In this document: piece after piece, positions 11,316 through 22,417 of the stretch
Layout: each line of letters begins with the position of its first letter
Position numbering within the stretch: the stretch's first letter is position 1
From: Antedon mediterranea
Taxonomy: Eukaryota > Animalia > Echinodermata
NCBI RefSeq assembly: GCF_964355755.1
Contig: NC_092676.1
Coordinates: forward strand, 11,509,888-11,573,887
Direction of reading: 5' to 3'
DNA length: 64,000 bases
Translations under genes and position numbers: made by a program
Notes under the pieces: generated by a model
Database searches by the model: none
Seen by the model: the letters and a program-made list of their open reading frames with translations, nothing else
Told to the model about the DNA's origin: nothing

Positions 11316-13210
11316 TAAATAAAATATGGGGTTTTCATGAATAAAAATAATCACAGAAGAAAGTGCTTACGAATATGACCTTGTGAAACGGTAATTTGAA
11401 AATGCAAATAAGGCATGCCTGCTAATAATCTACAAATTTAAATTTGTATGAGATAAATATGCAAAATCTAAAGAATATCTCATTTTTAGTTACCATAGTA
11501 ACTGTTGCTATGCATAACTAAGGGAAATTAAATAATTATCAGATAATTATTAATTAATAATTATTACTGAATCCAACCATCACAGTAAAAAAAATATAGA
11601 ATTTAAAACCAATATTTAATAATAAAGTGTGATATTTTACATGCTGACCTTAAATGAAATGAAATTTCAAATCAGGGCTTCAATATTTGTTATGTAGCAT
11701 TAACATACCTGAGTATATAATTGACTTTTGATTGGTTCTATTTTGGGGAGGGGAAAGTGGTGGATCCAGGACTTTTAAATAGTTAGGTGGTTGAAGGCGA
11801 GGGTCTAAAAACTTAACTTTATGTCCTATCTTTTGCATTGCAATTTTTAACTTGGAGAAAAGGGGGAGGTGGTGGGATGGAGGAGTTTGAATCCGTCTAT
11901 TCATTGGGGCGATAGTAGCGGCAGTGTGGGTGGTGCTTGAATGCATGCATTTGACACTCTATAGTGGATGATCGACCAAAGTGTTGCAGTTTATCTTTTT
12001 GTGGTTATAGTCGGGGTGGGGGTGGGGAGGGGTGGTAGTCGAAAGTGGTGGTGGATGGGCATGTGGGATCTGCTTAGGTTAGCAAATAAAAGAAGTAAAC
12101 AAATGAAAGAGGAGCTTCAAAATAAGAGAGGAGTAATCTGTTGCAAAGATTAAAATTCACAACGATCTGATAATTTATTCAAATTTCCAGAGGATATAAC
12201 CTATAAAATGACATTAAAACTGGGTATTACAGAATCTATAATTAAAAATTAATTTTTTTTCTCACAACAAAACTAGAACTATATAAACATTAAGAATTTT
12301 TCTGACCAATGAGTTTCAAATCAAATAATCAAAGAAAATAAACTGTTTTTACTAATATACCATGTTTTTTTTTTATAAAAATGCCTATGTTTCTTGCAAC
12401 ACTGCTTGTAGATTTTAAATTTACCCCAGTATTTTATTTTAGAAATCAATTATTATACATTAGAACTACCTATTTGTAATAAATCAGCTAAAAAAATACA
12501 CCACTTTGGGCGTTATGGTGAAGTAAAGTTTAGTTGCATTGAACAATTTAAAAAAAGTGAAAAACACCCCTTTTTAAATAAATGGTATCTCCCAAAGTAT
12601 GAAATAAAAAAAAATAAATAAATTTGAAACAGGTACACAATGCATTGTTATTATGCATACACTAATTATTTTTTATAATTAAATGAACAACACAAAAATA
12701 TCGTTCATCAAAGTAGTGCCAATATCCATTTTAAAAAACCTTAAAAAAGGACAAAATTTGTCAAAAACACAAATTTGGCCGTTGCCATGGAAATATACGT
12801 GTGAAATAAAAAATACTTCATATTTGATTTCTCTCAACACATATATAGCCATGTGCAAAATTTGAAAGAAATCCATTTTTTGAGTCTGCCACTCTTTTTG
12901 ATATTTCTTTGATTCTTACAGACAATGGCTCTTAATAGTTATTAAAAATTCATGTTAGATAATAAATACATATGAAAAATGTATTATTTGTGTAAATCTA
13001 ATTAAATTTTGTATCATCTTGTAAGCTAAAAAGAAATAGTTTAACCTGCAGGATTTGATTTTTTATATACAGTATATATACAGTATCAGTGTATATACCG
13101 TGAAACGAATGAGGATCGTGATGAGTTTGATAGAAAATTGATTGAACAATAAATAAATTTAAAAAAATTTTTTTTTTTTTAAGTCATGCTTCTCTAATAG
13201 GACGTGACAC

Positions 13211-13235
13211 CAGGGAGGTAAAAAATACCTCCATG
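13211..13235. mobile_element. 25-bp P-element-like remnant or footprint
   Basis: CAGGGAGGTA-AAAAA-TACCTCCATG inverted repeat flanked by direct repeat GTGACAC (13204-13210, 13236-13242). Confidence 0.6.
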
Positions 13236-15350
13236 GTGACACTAACATATCTTTTGTTGGCCTTAAATTAGCACAATAAACAACTAAATATAACAAGCAT
13301 AGTGGAGTCTGTTAGGGATAATTTGGTTCAGTTTTTTCCAAAAACACCCAATTTGGTATACAGGTTGCCCATCATATACGAATTCATTTTGATGGGCATC
13401 AAGCAAAATGACCCCTTGGGTCACTTAATTTGCATAATTTAAAATGGCGAACATTTTCGCTTAAACACTCAATCTCTGAAAATACTGGGCATAGAGAATT
13501 GATTTTTAGCTCAAAATGTTCAGAACATAAACATTTCTAACTACTCTAATAAAGTATTTTTGAAAAAAATTACCGGAAGTACCATTTTTAACCTTTGACC
13601 TTTATGGTGCAATTTCAAACTGCATTCAGGTTAATATCTTTTGATATCCATAAAACTACTTGTCATAGAGAGTTGAATTAGGTGTCAAAATGTTCAGAAC
13701 ATAAACATTTCTATTTACTATAAAGAAGTTTTTTCTCAAATAATGACCAGAAATATCATATTTGACCTTTGACCTGTTTTTCAGGCAAATTACCACTCAT
13801 TATTGGGTTGACGTGGATAGTTCATTTTGGTGTCAGATTGTTCACAATATATGTTACTATTCTGCTTAATATAGAAGATTTGTGTAAAAAATGTGAAGAA
13901 GTAGGGTACAGTTATTGACCTGTGACATATATAAAACTCTAAATTTGTTTTATTTTGCAACCCACTTTTGAGCTCTTGTCGAAGATGGCTACTTTCATGT
14001 GCAATTGAATGAAGTATACTGAATGAAGTTGAATAGATTTTCCTATTTGTAGTGAGTACTACTAGGCCTATTAGAGTAACGCAAATGAGAGAAATGTGTA
14101 TAGACAAAAAAGACCCAATTTCATTTAATGGAGTACTTGTGTTTATTTGGTTGTTACATTCAGGGTATTTGTCCTATATTGCTGAGTATCATCTTTCTTT
14201 AAAGGGCCTTCAAACTGGGGTATATCAACCTACTAATTGAAAGTATGGACATTTTCGGAGGGTGCACAATATAATAACGAGACTAGTATCATACTTGCCA
14301 TATCGCGAACCACAACTGAAGAATATATTTTTTATCCAGACCTTGGTCCACCAAACTTTGCGGTTCTCAAAGATTTTTTAATTTAAAATCGTCATCTGGA
14401 CGCGATTAGATGAGTAGTAACACTAACAGTTTTGTTACTCATGACATGACACACCTTAATATCCTGTTTTCATTATTGCCCTTTTACTTGATTTTTGGTT
14501 GATTCATGAATTTTAAATTGTTGTTATATTGGAATTGGCAACAACTCTTGGCTTGTGCAACATAACGTTTTGATGAGCTGTTTTAACGTACTTAACAGAT
14601 TTACTTTTATTACTTTCATTTCTTTTACGTACATTTCAAAACATTGAATGATGTGCCCTTTCTCATATCGAGCATTGGAAAATAATGGCTTATTCAACTT
14701 GAACAGTGGTTGGTTCAGTCAGCATAACCATATGTATGGTAATGGTAACATTTTCAGTGTTCTTTTAAATACGAAATGCCCCACTAGTTGGGGAGCCAGA
14801 AAGGGTTCATCTGCACCCTCTAGCAAACTATGTTAATGTTTTTTTGCTTCCTTATATCAATACAAATCAATTTTTGGAATATCTGAACAAAACAAACCTA
14901 AGTTCTTTAGAATTGTTAAATTATTAATGTTTAGTTTTAATTAAAATCACATAAACTGAGTAGTATGAAGTTTAAGGTTAACTGTACAATGTCATAACAA
15001 ACATGGTAAGCTTTTTAATTAATATTAGTTATAAATTATTATAAGTTAGTGATTTCAACAAAAAGGAGGACGAGTAAATAAACAATTTTCTTTATAACAT
15101 AATATATAGTCATACTACAGTTACTTTGATTTGTTTTTATTGTTCAACTATGGTTTAAAAATATGTAACAGTATTACTGTATGTATAGCATTTACCGGAG
15201 TTAGCCACTGTTAAACAGTGATTAGTTTAGATTGTAATTATAATACTAAATATTAATAATTATCTTGGTGATTTAACTGTGATGTTATTCATTAGAATGA
15301 AGTATGTATCTACTTATGACTTGCAATACAAAGTATCCATAGTATATATA

Positions 15351-15767
15351 CTGTAAATCCTGTAATAGTAACCCACACTCTAATAATTTAAGATTAGTAA
15401 CCCACTACTCTAGTAATAGTAACCATAATGGGGGTTACTATTAGAATCACAAAAACTTATGATGCAGTCGTATTTTGAAAATAAGGAGATAATGCATGTT
15501 GATCTCGGGAGTGGGGGCGAGGATTGAGTGTTTTTGAGTTTATAAAATAAGTTGGAGTTCAACCTAATTTGTTTATTCGTACTGTTTTATTATTTTGCTA
15601 TTAGTTGCTGACCGGAAAAGTTGGGGGTGGGTTACTATTTTCAGGTGCCTAATTTAAGATTAGTAATAGTAACCCACTACTCTAATAGTTACCCCACTTC
15701 TAATAGTAACCCACCCTAAAAGCAATCAAAGAATAATAACCCAGGGTTACAATTAGAAGATTTACGG
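15351..15767. mobile_element. Tc1/mariner-pogo-type MITE
   Basis: TA|CTGTAAATC ... GATTTACGG|TA termini; many internal AGTAACCC motifs in both orientations. Confidence 0.7.
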
Positions 15768-17038
15768 TACCATACTCAACAATCACTGATATGTTGATAT
15801 TAAGACAATATTCGCTAGTTATTAAAAATATAAGTGTGCTCCACGCAAAAATGTTTGTACCAGCTATAGGTTAAATGTCAAAATAAGGTGTTTCTTAACA
15901 TTTTGTGTATTTCTGTTGTATTAGAGCAAATATAAATATATATATTGCGAATAATTTGAGACGAAAATTATAACTTTCTGACTAGTGGTTGGTGAGATAT
16001 TGATATGGCCATTTTCTTGACCAATGGTTAAAAATAAAGTTTTACGGCCATTTTTGGCAAAAGTTGTCCATTAAAGTAAGTAGAAATATGTATCTTCTGA
16101 GTATTGTGACATCAACTACGACCATATCCACCCAACAATTTCTGAGATATGAAAAGGGTGTCCTAATTCAAAATGTTTGTGCCGGCTATATGTCGAAGGT
16201 CAAAATTAGGGGTTTATTGACAGTTTTATAATTTTTATTATATTAGAACAAATATAAATATATACTTTGCAAGTAATTTAAGACCACAATTATCACTTTC
16301 TGACCAGTGGTTGCTGAGATGTTCATATGGCCAATTTCTTGACCAGTGGTCAGAAAAGGGGTTTCCGTCCACTTTTGGCAAAAGTTTCCCATTAGAGTGA
16401 ATAGAAATATGAGTCTTCTATTAAAGTAGTTTTGCACAACAAATATTCCAATACACCCAGTAGTTACCAAGTTACGCACAGTCTTAACTTTGATCATATT
16501 ATTGACATTTTGGCCCCTGTACTGACCAAGCATCCCAATTTTTTTTCGGCCAACAGCAAAAAATTGTTTTGATATAAGGAAGCAAAAAAACATTGTTGGC
16601 ACAGTTTGCTAGAGGGTGCAGGTAACCCCTTTCTGGCTCCCCAACTACACCATGTTCTGAGTTGATATTGTTCTTTATAAGGCTCAAGGCTTTTGATTTT
16701 TGCACATTTTTTATAGGTATTTATTATCTAACATAACTTTTAAATAATTATATTTTATTAAATAGATAATGTAATTAGCTATTAATCAACATTAATGTCA
16801 ACAAAATACATAAAATATTTATTAAGTTATTAACAATAAAGTGCATCACTATAAAATGGCAGCCATTTTTTCCGCCATCTTGAATTTCAAGATGGCCGCA
16901 GTAATTTTGCAACGGCACACCTCGTGATTATTGTGCCTAAGGGTATTAGCTAACAAAAAAAGTTGGTGTGCTGAGTGTGTAGAAACATGGCAATGGGATA
17001 TATGGGAAGCATCATTTTGGCACTTGGACCTCCGCTTA

Positions 17039-19499
17039 ATAGCATATTTGTATTTTTGCTCCATTTTAATTTATCATCTATGATTGTTCCTAAGTACTTG
17101 TATTCTTTGACAACTTTTATACATTCACCATCAATTACTACATCATCATGATTACTTTGTTTCTTTCTAAAATCGATAATCATTTCTTTGGTTTTCTTAG
17201 AATTTAAAATAAGATAGTTTTCTTTACACCACTCTGTAAATAACTTTATTTCGGTAAAATAGTTCGAAAGCGATTTAGCATCTTTAATGTTACCAGCTAT
17301 GCAAGTGTCATCGGCATATTTTATCAAACGGCAGGAGTCAGTGGCATTTCTACAGTCGTTTGTATACAGAATGTATAACAGGGGAGACAGAACGCAGCCT
17401 TGTGGTGAGCCTGTATTGGTGAACGTGGTTGTTGATGTAGCATTTCCGAATTTAACTTGTGATCTATTTGTTAAAAAGTCTTTTATCCAGAGAATGATAG
17501 ATGAGTTTATATTCATGTTAATAAGATTGGACAGGAGAATGTGAGGTTGTATTGTGTTGAAGGCGGAACTGAAGTCAATGAAAAGAAGGCGTGTGAATGT
17601 GTTGTTCTTGTCGAGATGTTGTTGAGTGTTTTGGATGAGAGTGGCTGTGGCATCGTCTGTCCCTCTGTGTGCTCTATATGCGAATTGCATAGGATCTAAC
17701 AGGTGGTCACTTTGATCTTTAACACGCTTACTAATTATTCTTTCCATGCATTTGATAACCAGGGACGTTAGGGCAATTGGTCTATAATCATTAAGAGTTT
17801 TAACATTATTTAATTTGGCAATAGGTACAATCAAAGAGTGCTTCCAAATTGCAGGGATAGTGGTTGTACGGAGAGAACATTCAAAAAGTTTCTGAAAGAC
17901 ATGTCCTATCTGAGCAGCGCACTCTTTCAAAAGTTTTCCACATAACTTGTCTGGGCCACCAGCTTTGTTTGCATATGTTTTTTTCAGAAGGTTGACCACA
18001 TCATTCTCTGTGAAGTAATCTGCATCATCAGTTACGTCAATATTCTTGCAGGTATCCGCTAACTGCGACTTAAAGTCATGAGCATCAAACCTACTGTAAA
18101 ATAAGTTGAGTTCTTCAGCTAGTTGCAGATCATTGTATCCTGGTAAAAGTTTGGGAGGACATGTTTTGTTTGATCCTCCAATTATATATTTTATGTCTTT
18201 CCATGCTTTCCTCGTCTGCCTATTATTTATATTCCTTTCTAATCTGTTTCTGAACTTTTCTTTGCCTCTTTTTACAGCCATATCAAGCCTTTTCTGTGCT
18301 TCTTTTAACTTAATTTTGTTTTTACTTGCAAAAGCTAGCTTCTTTTCGACGATTGCTGTTTTTACCTCCTTGGTCAGCCAGGCTTTATTATTTGGATACT
18401 GCTTTACTTTCTTGGTTGGTATAGTGATATCTTGACAGAAGTTTAAATATGATGTTACTGATTCCGTCATTTCATCAATACCTGCAGAAGAGTCGGTAAA
18501 AATATCCCAATCGGTCGCTTCCAGGCATCTGCGCAACTTTTCAATATTGTCTGTCGACCATTGTCTAACATACTTTATTTGAAACTTTTCAGTTTTTAAT
18601 CGTTGTCTGTATAGAGGTAGGAGATGTACGACATTGTGATCTGATGACCCGATGCTTGGCTTTACCATAGATTTGTAGGCGTCTTTGATGTTTCCATAGC
18701 AGAGATCTATAATATTGTCACCTCGGGTTACGCACGTGACATACTGCTGAAAATTTGGAAGGACATCATCGAGTCTGCACTTGTTGAAATCTCCTAAGAC
18801 AAAAATTGGACACTCTGGTGACTTTCTTTGCGCGATGTGGATTTGCTCAGCGATTTCCTCGGCTGCTGTTGATGCATTTCCGTCTGGTGGTACATATACG
18901 ATTGCTACCTTAACAGAACCAAATTCCCGTGGGAGGTAGAATGGTCTCATTGACAAGAAGAGGATTTCAAAATTGGGGGTACATTGACGGTTGATTATAT
19001 TAACATTTGTGCACCACGAGTTATTAATGTAGGCACAGACTCCACCTCCTTTGGATTTGCCTGAGTCATCGGTTCTGTCTGCTCGCACAACAGAGAAACC
19101 ATCCAGGTTAATAGCAGAGTCAGTAATATTTTCCGTCAACCAACTCTCAGTTAGGCAGATAAGACTTGCTTCCCTGTACACATGATCGTACTTGACTAAT
19201 GCAGCCAATTCATCCATCTTATTGTTTAATGATCGTACATTTGACATAACAATGTTTGGCAAAGGGGGGCGATCGTGCCTTCGTTTTAATCTGTTTTTGA
19301 CACCACCCCTTTTACCTCTCTTCCTTACCCTATTTCCTTGAATAGATTCACCGTTTCCTGCTGTAAATGATCGTCCAAATTCTGGATCGATTTTCGATAT
19401 GATCGCGGTATTTTCAGTAGCAGTCAATGTATCACGAAGCCGTATCAACGTGTCTCTATTGTAAACAATAGCAATGCTGTCAACCAGGCCAGTGAACAA
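17039..19499 (-). mobile_element. Non-LTR retrotransposon, Rex1/Babar-like (APE endonuclease + RT), 3'-truncated
   Basis: APE motifs SNVRSLNNK, LTESWL, KGGGVC, RPFYLPREF, LGDFN, SDHN; RT motifs DYRPIALTS, QFAYR, FIDFSSAFNTI, GSPQGCVLSPLLY, YADD, YKYLG. The last ~30 codons of ORF 16950..19499 come from the abutting transposon end. Confidence 0.92.
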
Positions 19500-19691
19500 C
19501 CGATCGTACGAGTTTTATACTACATACAATAGTCAGAAGTAGTTTGCAGGAATACATGATACCTTCTACGTAAACGAGTGTGCTTCACAAAACAACAAAA
19601 TGAGTGCAACGATCATAAACGAGACAAATTTAACGACAGTTTGTAGTGTATCTGGCGTCGGCCATAAGAACAGCGCCACCAAAAAAAAAAT

Positions 19692-20465
19692 GGAGCGCAT
19701 CACGCTTATCTGTATTCCTTTTTCTCCTACATTATATATTGTCTAGGTCAATCAACTTTCTTTAGCATGTCGAGATAAAAATATTTAAATTTTTATGACG
19801 TCATCATTCCTATAAATTTTAATTACGTGGGTCATTAATTTCATCTTTACACGGTAAATTTTAATCTGTAATAGCTCGTAAGAATAAAATGTGATAATCA
19901 CGATTAAAACGTTTTCTGGAAGCTATTGGATTGTAGATACGAAATCATGTGAACTTTTCGCCAATCGGATGTTGTGACGTCATCATATGACAAGTTTAAT
20001 TAAAAAGGTCAAATTTTCATCGTCTGCATCAGAGTTCATCACATTTAAATGTGCGCGCACCTACATTTTACGTATTCAAATTTCTTCTACACGTTAATAT
20101 GTTGTTGCTGAGATAATTTTCTTCAGAAATTGCTATCTTTGTGGTTTATTTTGATGATGTCATCATGTTAAATATTTGAATTAAAGGCAGGTCCCATAAT
20201 TTAGTTAATATGTCATAATAAATATACAGTAGTACAATGTACACCAGCATAGGCTCTGATGTGAGCAAATTGTTGTTTGCCGCCCTCTGTATCATGTAGA
20301 ATTAATGTCTCCTTGTATACACAGTATACTGTATAATTATAATACAAGTCGAAAATACAAGACCACCTCTTATTATAGTTTTTAACATAGCGATGACGTA
20401 TGACGTGCACGTGGCGTCTGTCGTGCGGATAACTAACTCGTCAAAGTGACGAGTTTCATGTCTAG
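19692..20465 (+). mobile_element. 3' part of a non-autonomous Helentron/DINE-like rolling-circle element
   Basis: Ends in GCGGATAAC, hairpin AACTCGTCA-AAG-TGACGAGTT and CTAG|T. GAGCGCATC...TATTCC is shared with ~36553 and, inverted, ~46860. Confidence 0.65.
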
Positions 20466-21440
20466 TTGTTATTATTATATCAAGATTTATTGAAGGCAAA
20501 GATGACATTAACATTTTTTTAAGTGTGTTCTAGAGGGAGAGGTCTCGTCTCTGCTTGCGATGAATTATAAAATCACTACACAATATTGTGTTCTAGTTGG
20601 TGGTCTCTGTTTTTATATAAATCTTGAATTGAAATGGGGACCTTTAACTAACAATTCTCAACATTGTGTTAACTAGGTGGAGCCTCATGTTTTCGAGATT
20701 TTTAAAAAACGAGTGTCCTCACTGAAACTTATCAATATTTAGTTATATACTGTAGGGTGGTTATGTTATCAAGGTTTCTTGAAAAGACTAAACTGACCCC
20801 ACCAACATTTCTCAATATTTATTTTCTGTAGGGTGGTCTCAGTTTTCGATAAACCTAAAAAAATAGATACCTTTAGAATAACCCAAAAACTTTTTTGCAT
20901 GTAAACATATCATGTTTGGTATCATTAGATAGATCAGTCGTAAGTTCTAAAAAGTGATTAATACCAAATTTTCTCTATTTGACCTCAAATGTTTATTGTT
21001 TCTATTTAAATGCCTGTAATTATAATATAATTATTGAAAAATGTTACTTTTTGATAAAAATGTCAACACATTTTTACCCAAAAACTATACCATGTGTGCA
21101 TGTAAACATATTAAGTTTGCTATAATTAGATAGATAATTGAAATAGCTATTGTATGATACTTCATTTGATAAAATATGTTATACCATGAGTCATAATTAT
21201 ATCTAAAAAAATAATTAATACCAAATTTCACATATTTGACCTCCAATGACCCCTAAATTATATGTTCCACTAATCCGATTTTGGTAGATTTTGAAAAGAA
21301 AGTGTCCTACTAGGTACTGAATCAGATAAAAAGGTTTGAAAACTATTGCAATTTGTTTTGGGTTACCCCATTTTTTTCCTGGACTACTACCTTTTATTTG
21401 ATTCAAATGACAGGAAACTATTTTGATGCTATATAAAACA

Positions 21441-21608
21441 AATAATGAATGTTTTAGATTTGTGTAATGGTACAAATAATGGCATTTGGTGAATGATGAA
21501 AGGTTAAATGTCAACTAGGCTTTGCCTCCTTGATATATAACCTTCCATCATTCACCTCATGCCATGATTTGTACCATTGCACTCATAAACATTCATTATT
21601 TGTATAAT
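21441..21608. repeat. ~165-bp imperfect palindromic repeat
   Basis: Arms AATAATGAATGTTT..TGGTACAAAT..TGGCAT..GGTGAATGATG..AGGTT and their reverse complement surround a central GGCTTTGCCTC. Confidence 0.7.
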
Positions 21609-22367
21609 AACAAATATATAGTTAACCCTTAAATACCAGAGGCATTATATAAATATATAAATCTGTATTTCCAGTCTAGCTTGGTTAATTTGACTTCAGA
21701 GATAGATAGAAAGGAACATAAAATAAAAATACCTTGGTATAAAATAATAATAAATAATGACATGCAAATTAGGTAACCCCATTTTTAAATTGTTCTCAGT
21801 TTATGGTATTTCTAAATAGCATGGGCCTTTTTTTAATGCATAAATGAAAAGAGCACCCCAGAAATATATATATATTATTAGGTGGACTTTTACTTTACTA
21901 CAATGCAGAGTTTTTTGACGGTCCGTCATTTTCGCCATTTTTGATGACTTTTTTTAAAACTTATCATCCTTATTATTATTTGAATGCCTTCATGTTAATA
22001 AATGCAGCAGAGTTAAATGAAAATGGAATGTTGGAACTCATTTTTGTACATATAGCATCATTTTAAATTCTCCGTCTTATTGAATTCGCAATTTTTTAAC
22101 AGAATTGTGCTGAAAATGGCCATTCACTATTGAAATAACTTGAGAACACATTGGCCGATTTTTATGATTTAAATGGCTATGATCTTAATTTTGTAAGGTC
22201 TTTCAAAAAATGTGAAAAGAAAGGAGATAATATGTTTTAAAAAATGGTCTGACCCCCCTAATCATAGGTAAATAAATATTCATTCAAAAGGTTATTTTTA
22301 TAATTGATTTATTTTCAGAATAATGGCCTAAAAAAAAGTGTTTACCAATGTAGAAAATACTGCGTCA

Positions 22368-22417
22368 ATGATGTGCGCGCTGTTTAATCGTGGTAATAAA
22401 AATGGAGTCAGTTCTCG
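22368..22417 (+). CDS. MRPS31: Candidate first coding exon of MRPS31 (start of mitochondrial presequence)
   Basis: ATG..CG|GTATCC encodes MMCALFNRGNKNGVSS(R) and ends in phase 2, matching the acceptor at 31202. The joined N-terminus is basic and lacks acidic residues. There is no homology support for this exon. Confidence 0.4.

Larger units (their letters stand above)
1598..12931. mobile_element. Non-autonomous DNA transposon with long TIRs, Sola3-like
   Basis: Termini GAGCCATTGTCTGTAA / TTACAGACAATGGCTC. Inverted similarity continues for several hundred bp (1598-1845 plus 9304-~9650 vs ~12340-12931). The right end is followed by TTAA; the left flank lacks TTAA, so the TSD is unconfirmed. 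Confidence 0.6.
925..17038. mobile_element. Large non-autonomous DNA transposon, Academ-like ends, host of a nested TE cluster
   Basis: Terminal IR TAAGCGGAGGTCCAA / TTGGACCTCCGCTTA, then a short divergent spacer and a ~250-bp subterminal inverted repeat (~958-1205 vs ~16750-16998). ATA lies on both flanks (922-924, 17039-17041). Internal repeats at 13480-13780 resemble the subterminal repeats of the Academ at 23077-30036. Confidence 0.65.

Noticed and set aside
11740-12153. G-rich tract with short ORFs
   Set aside because: Low-complexity sequence inside a non-autonomous element, with no coding signature.
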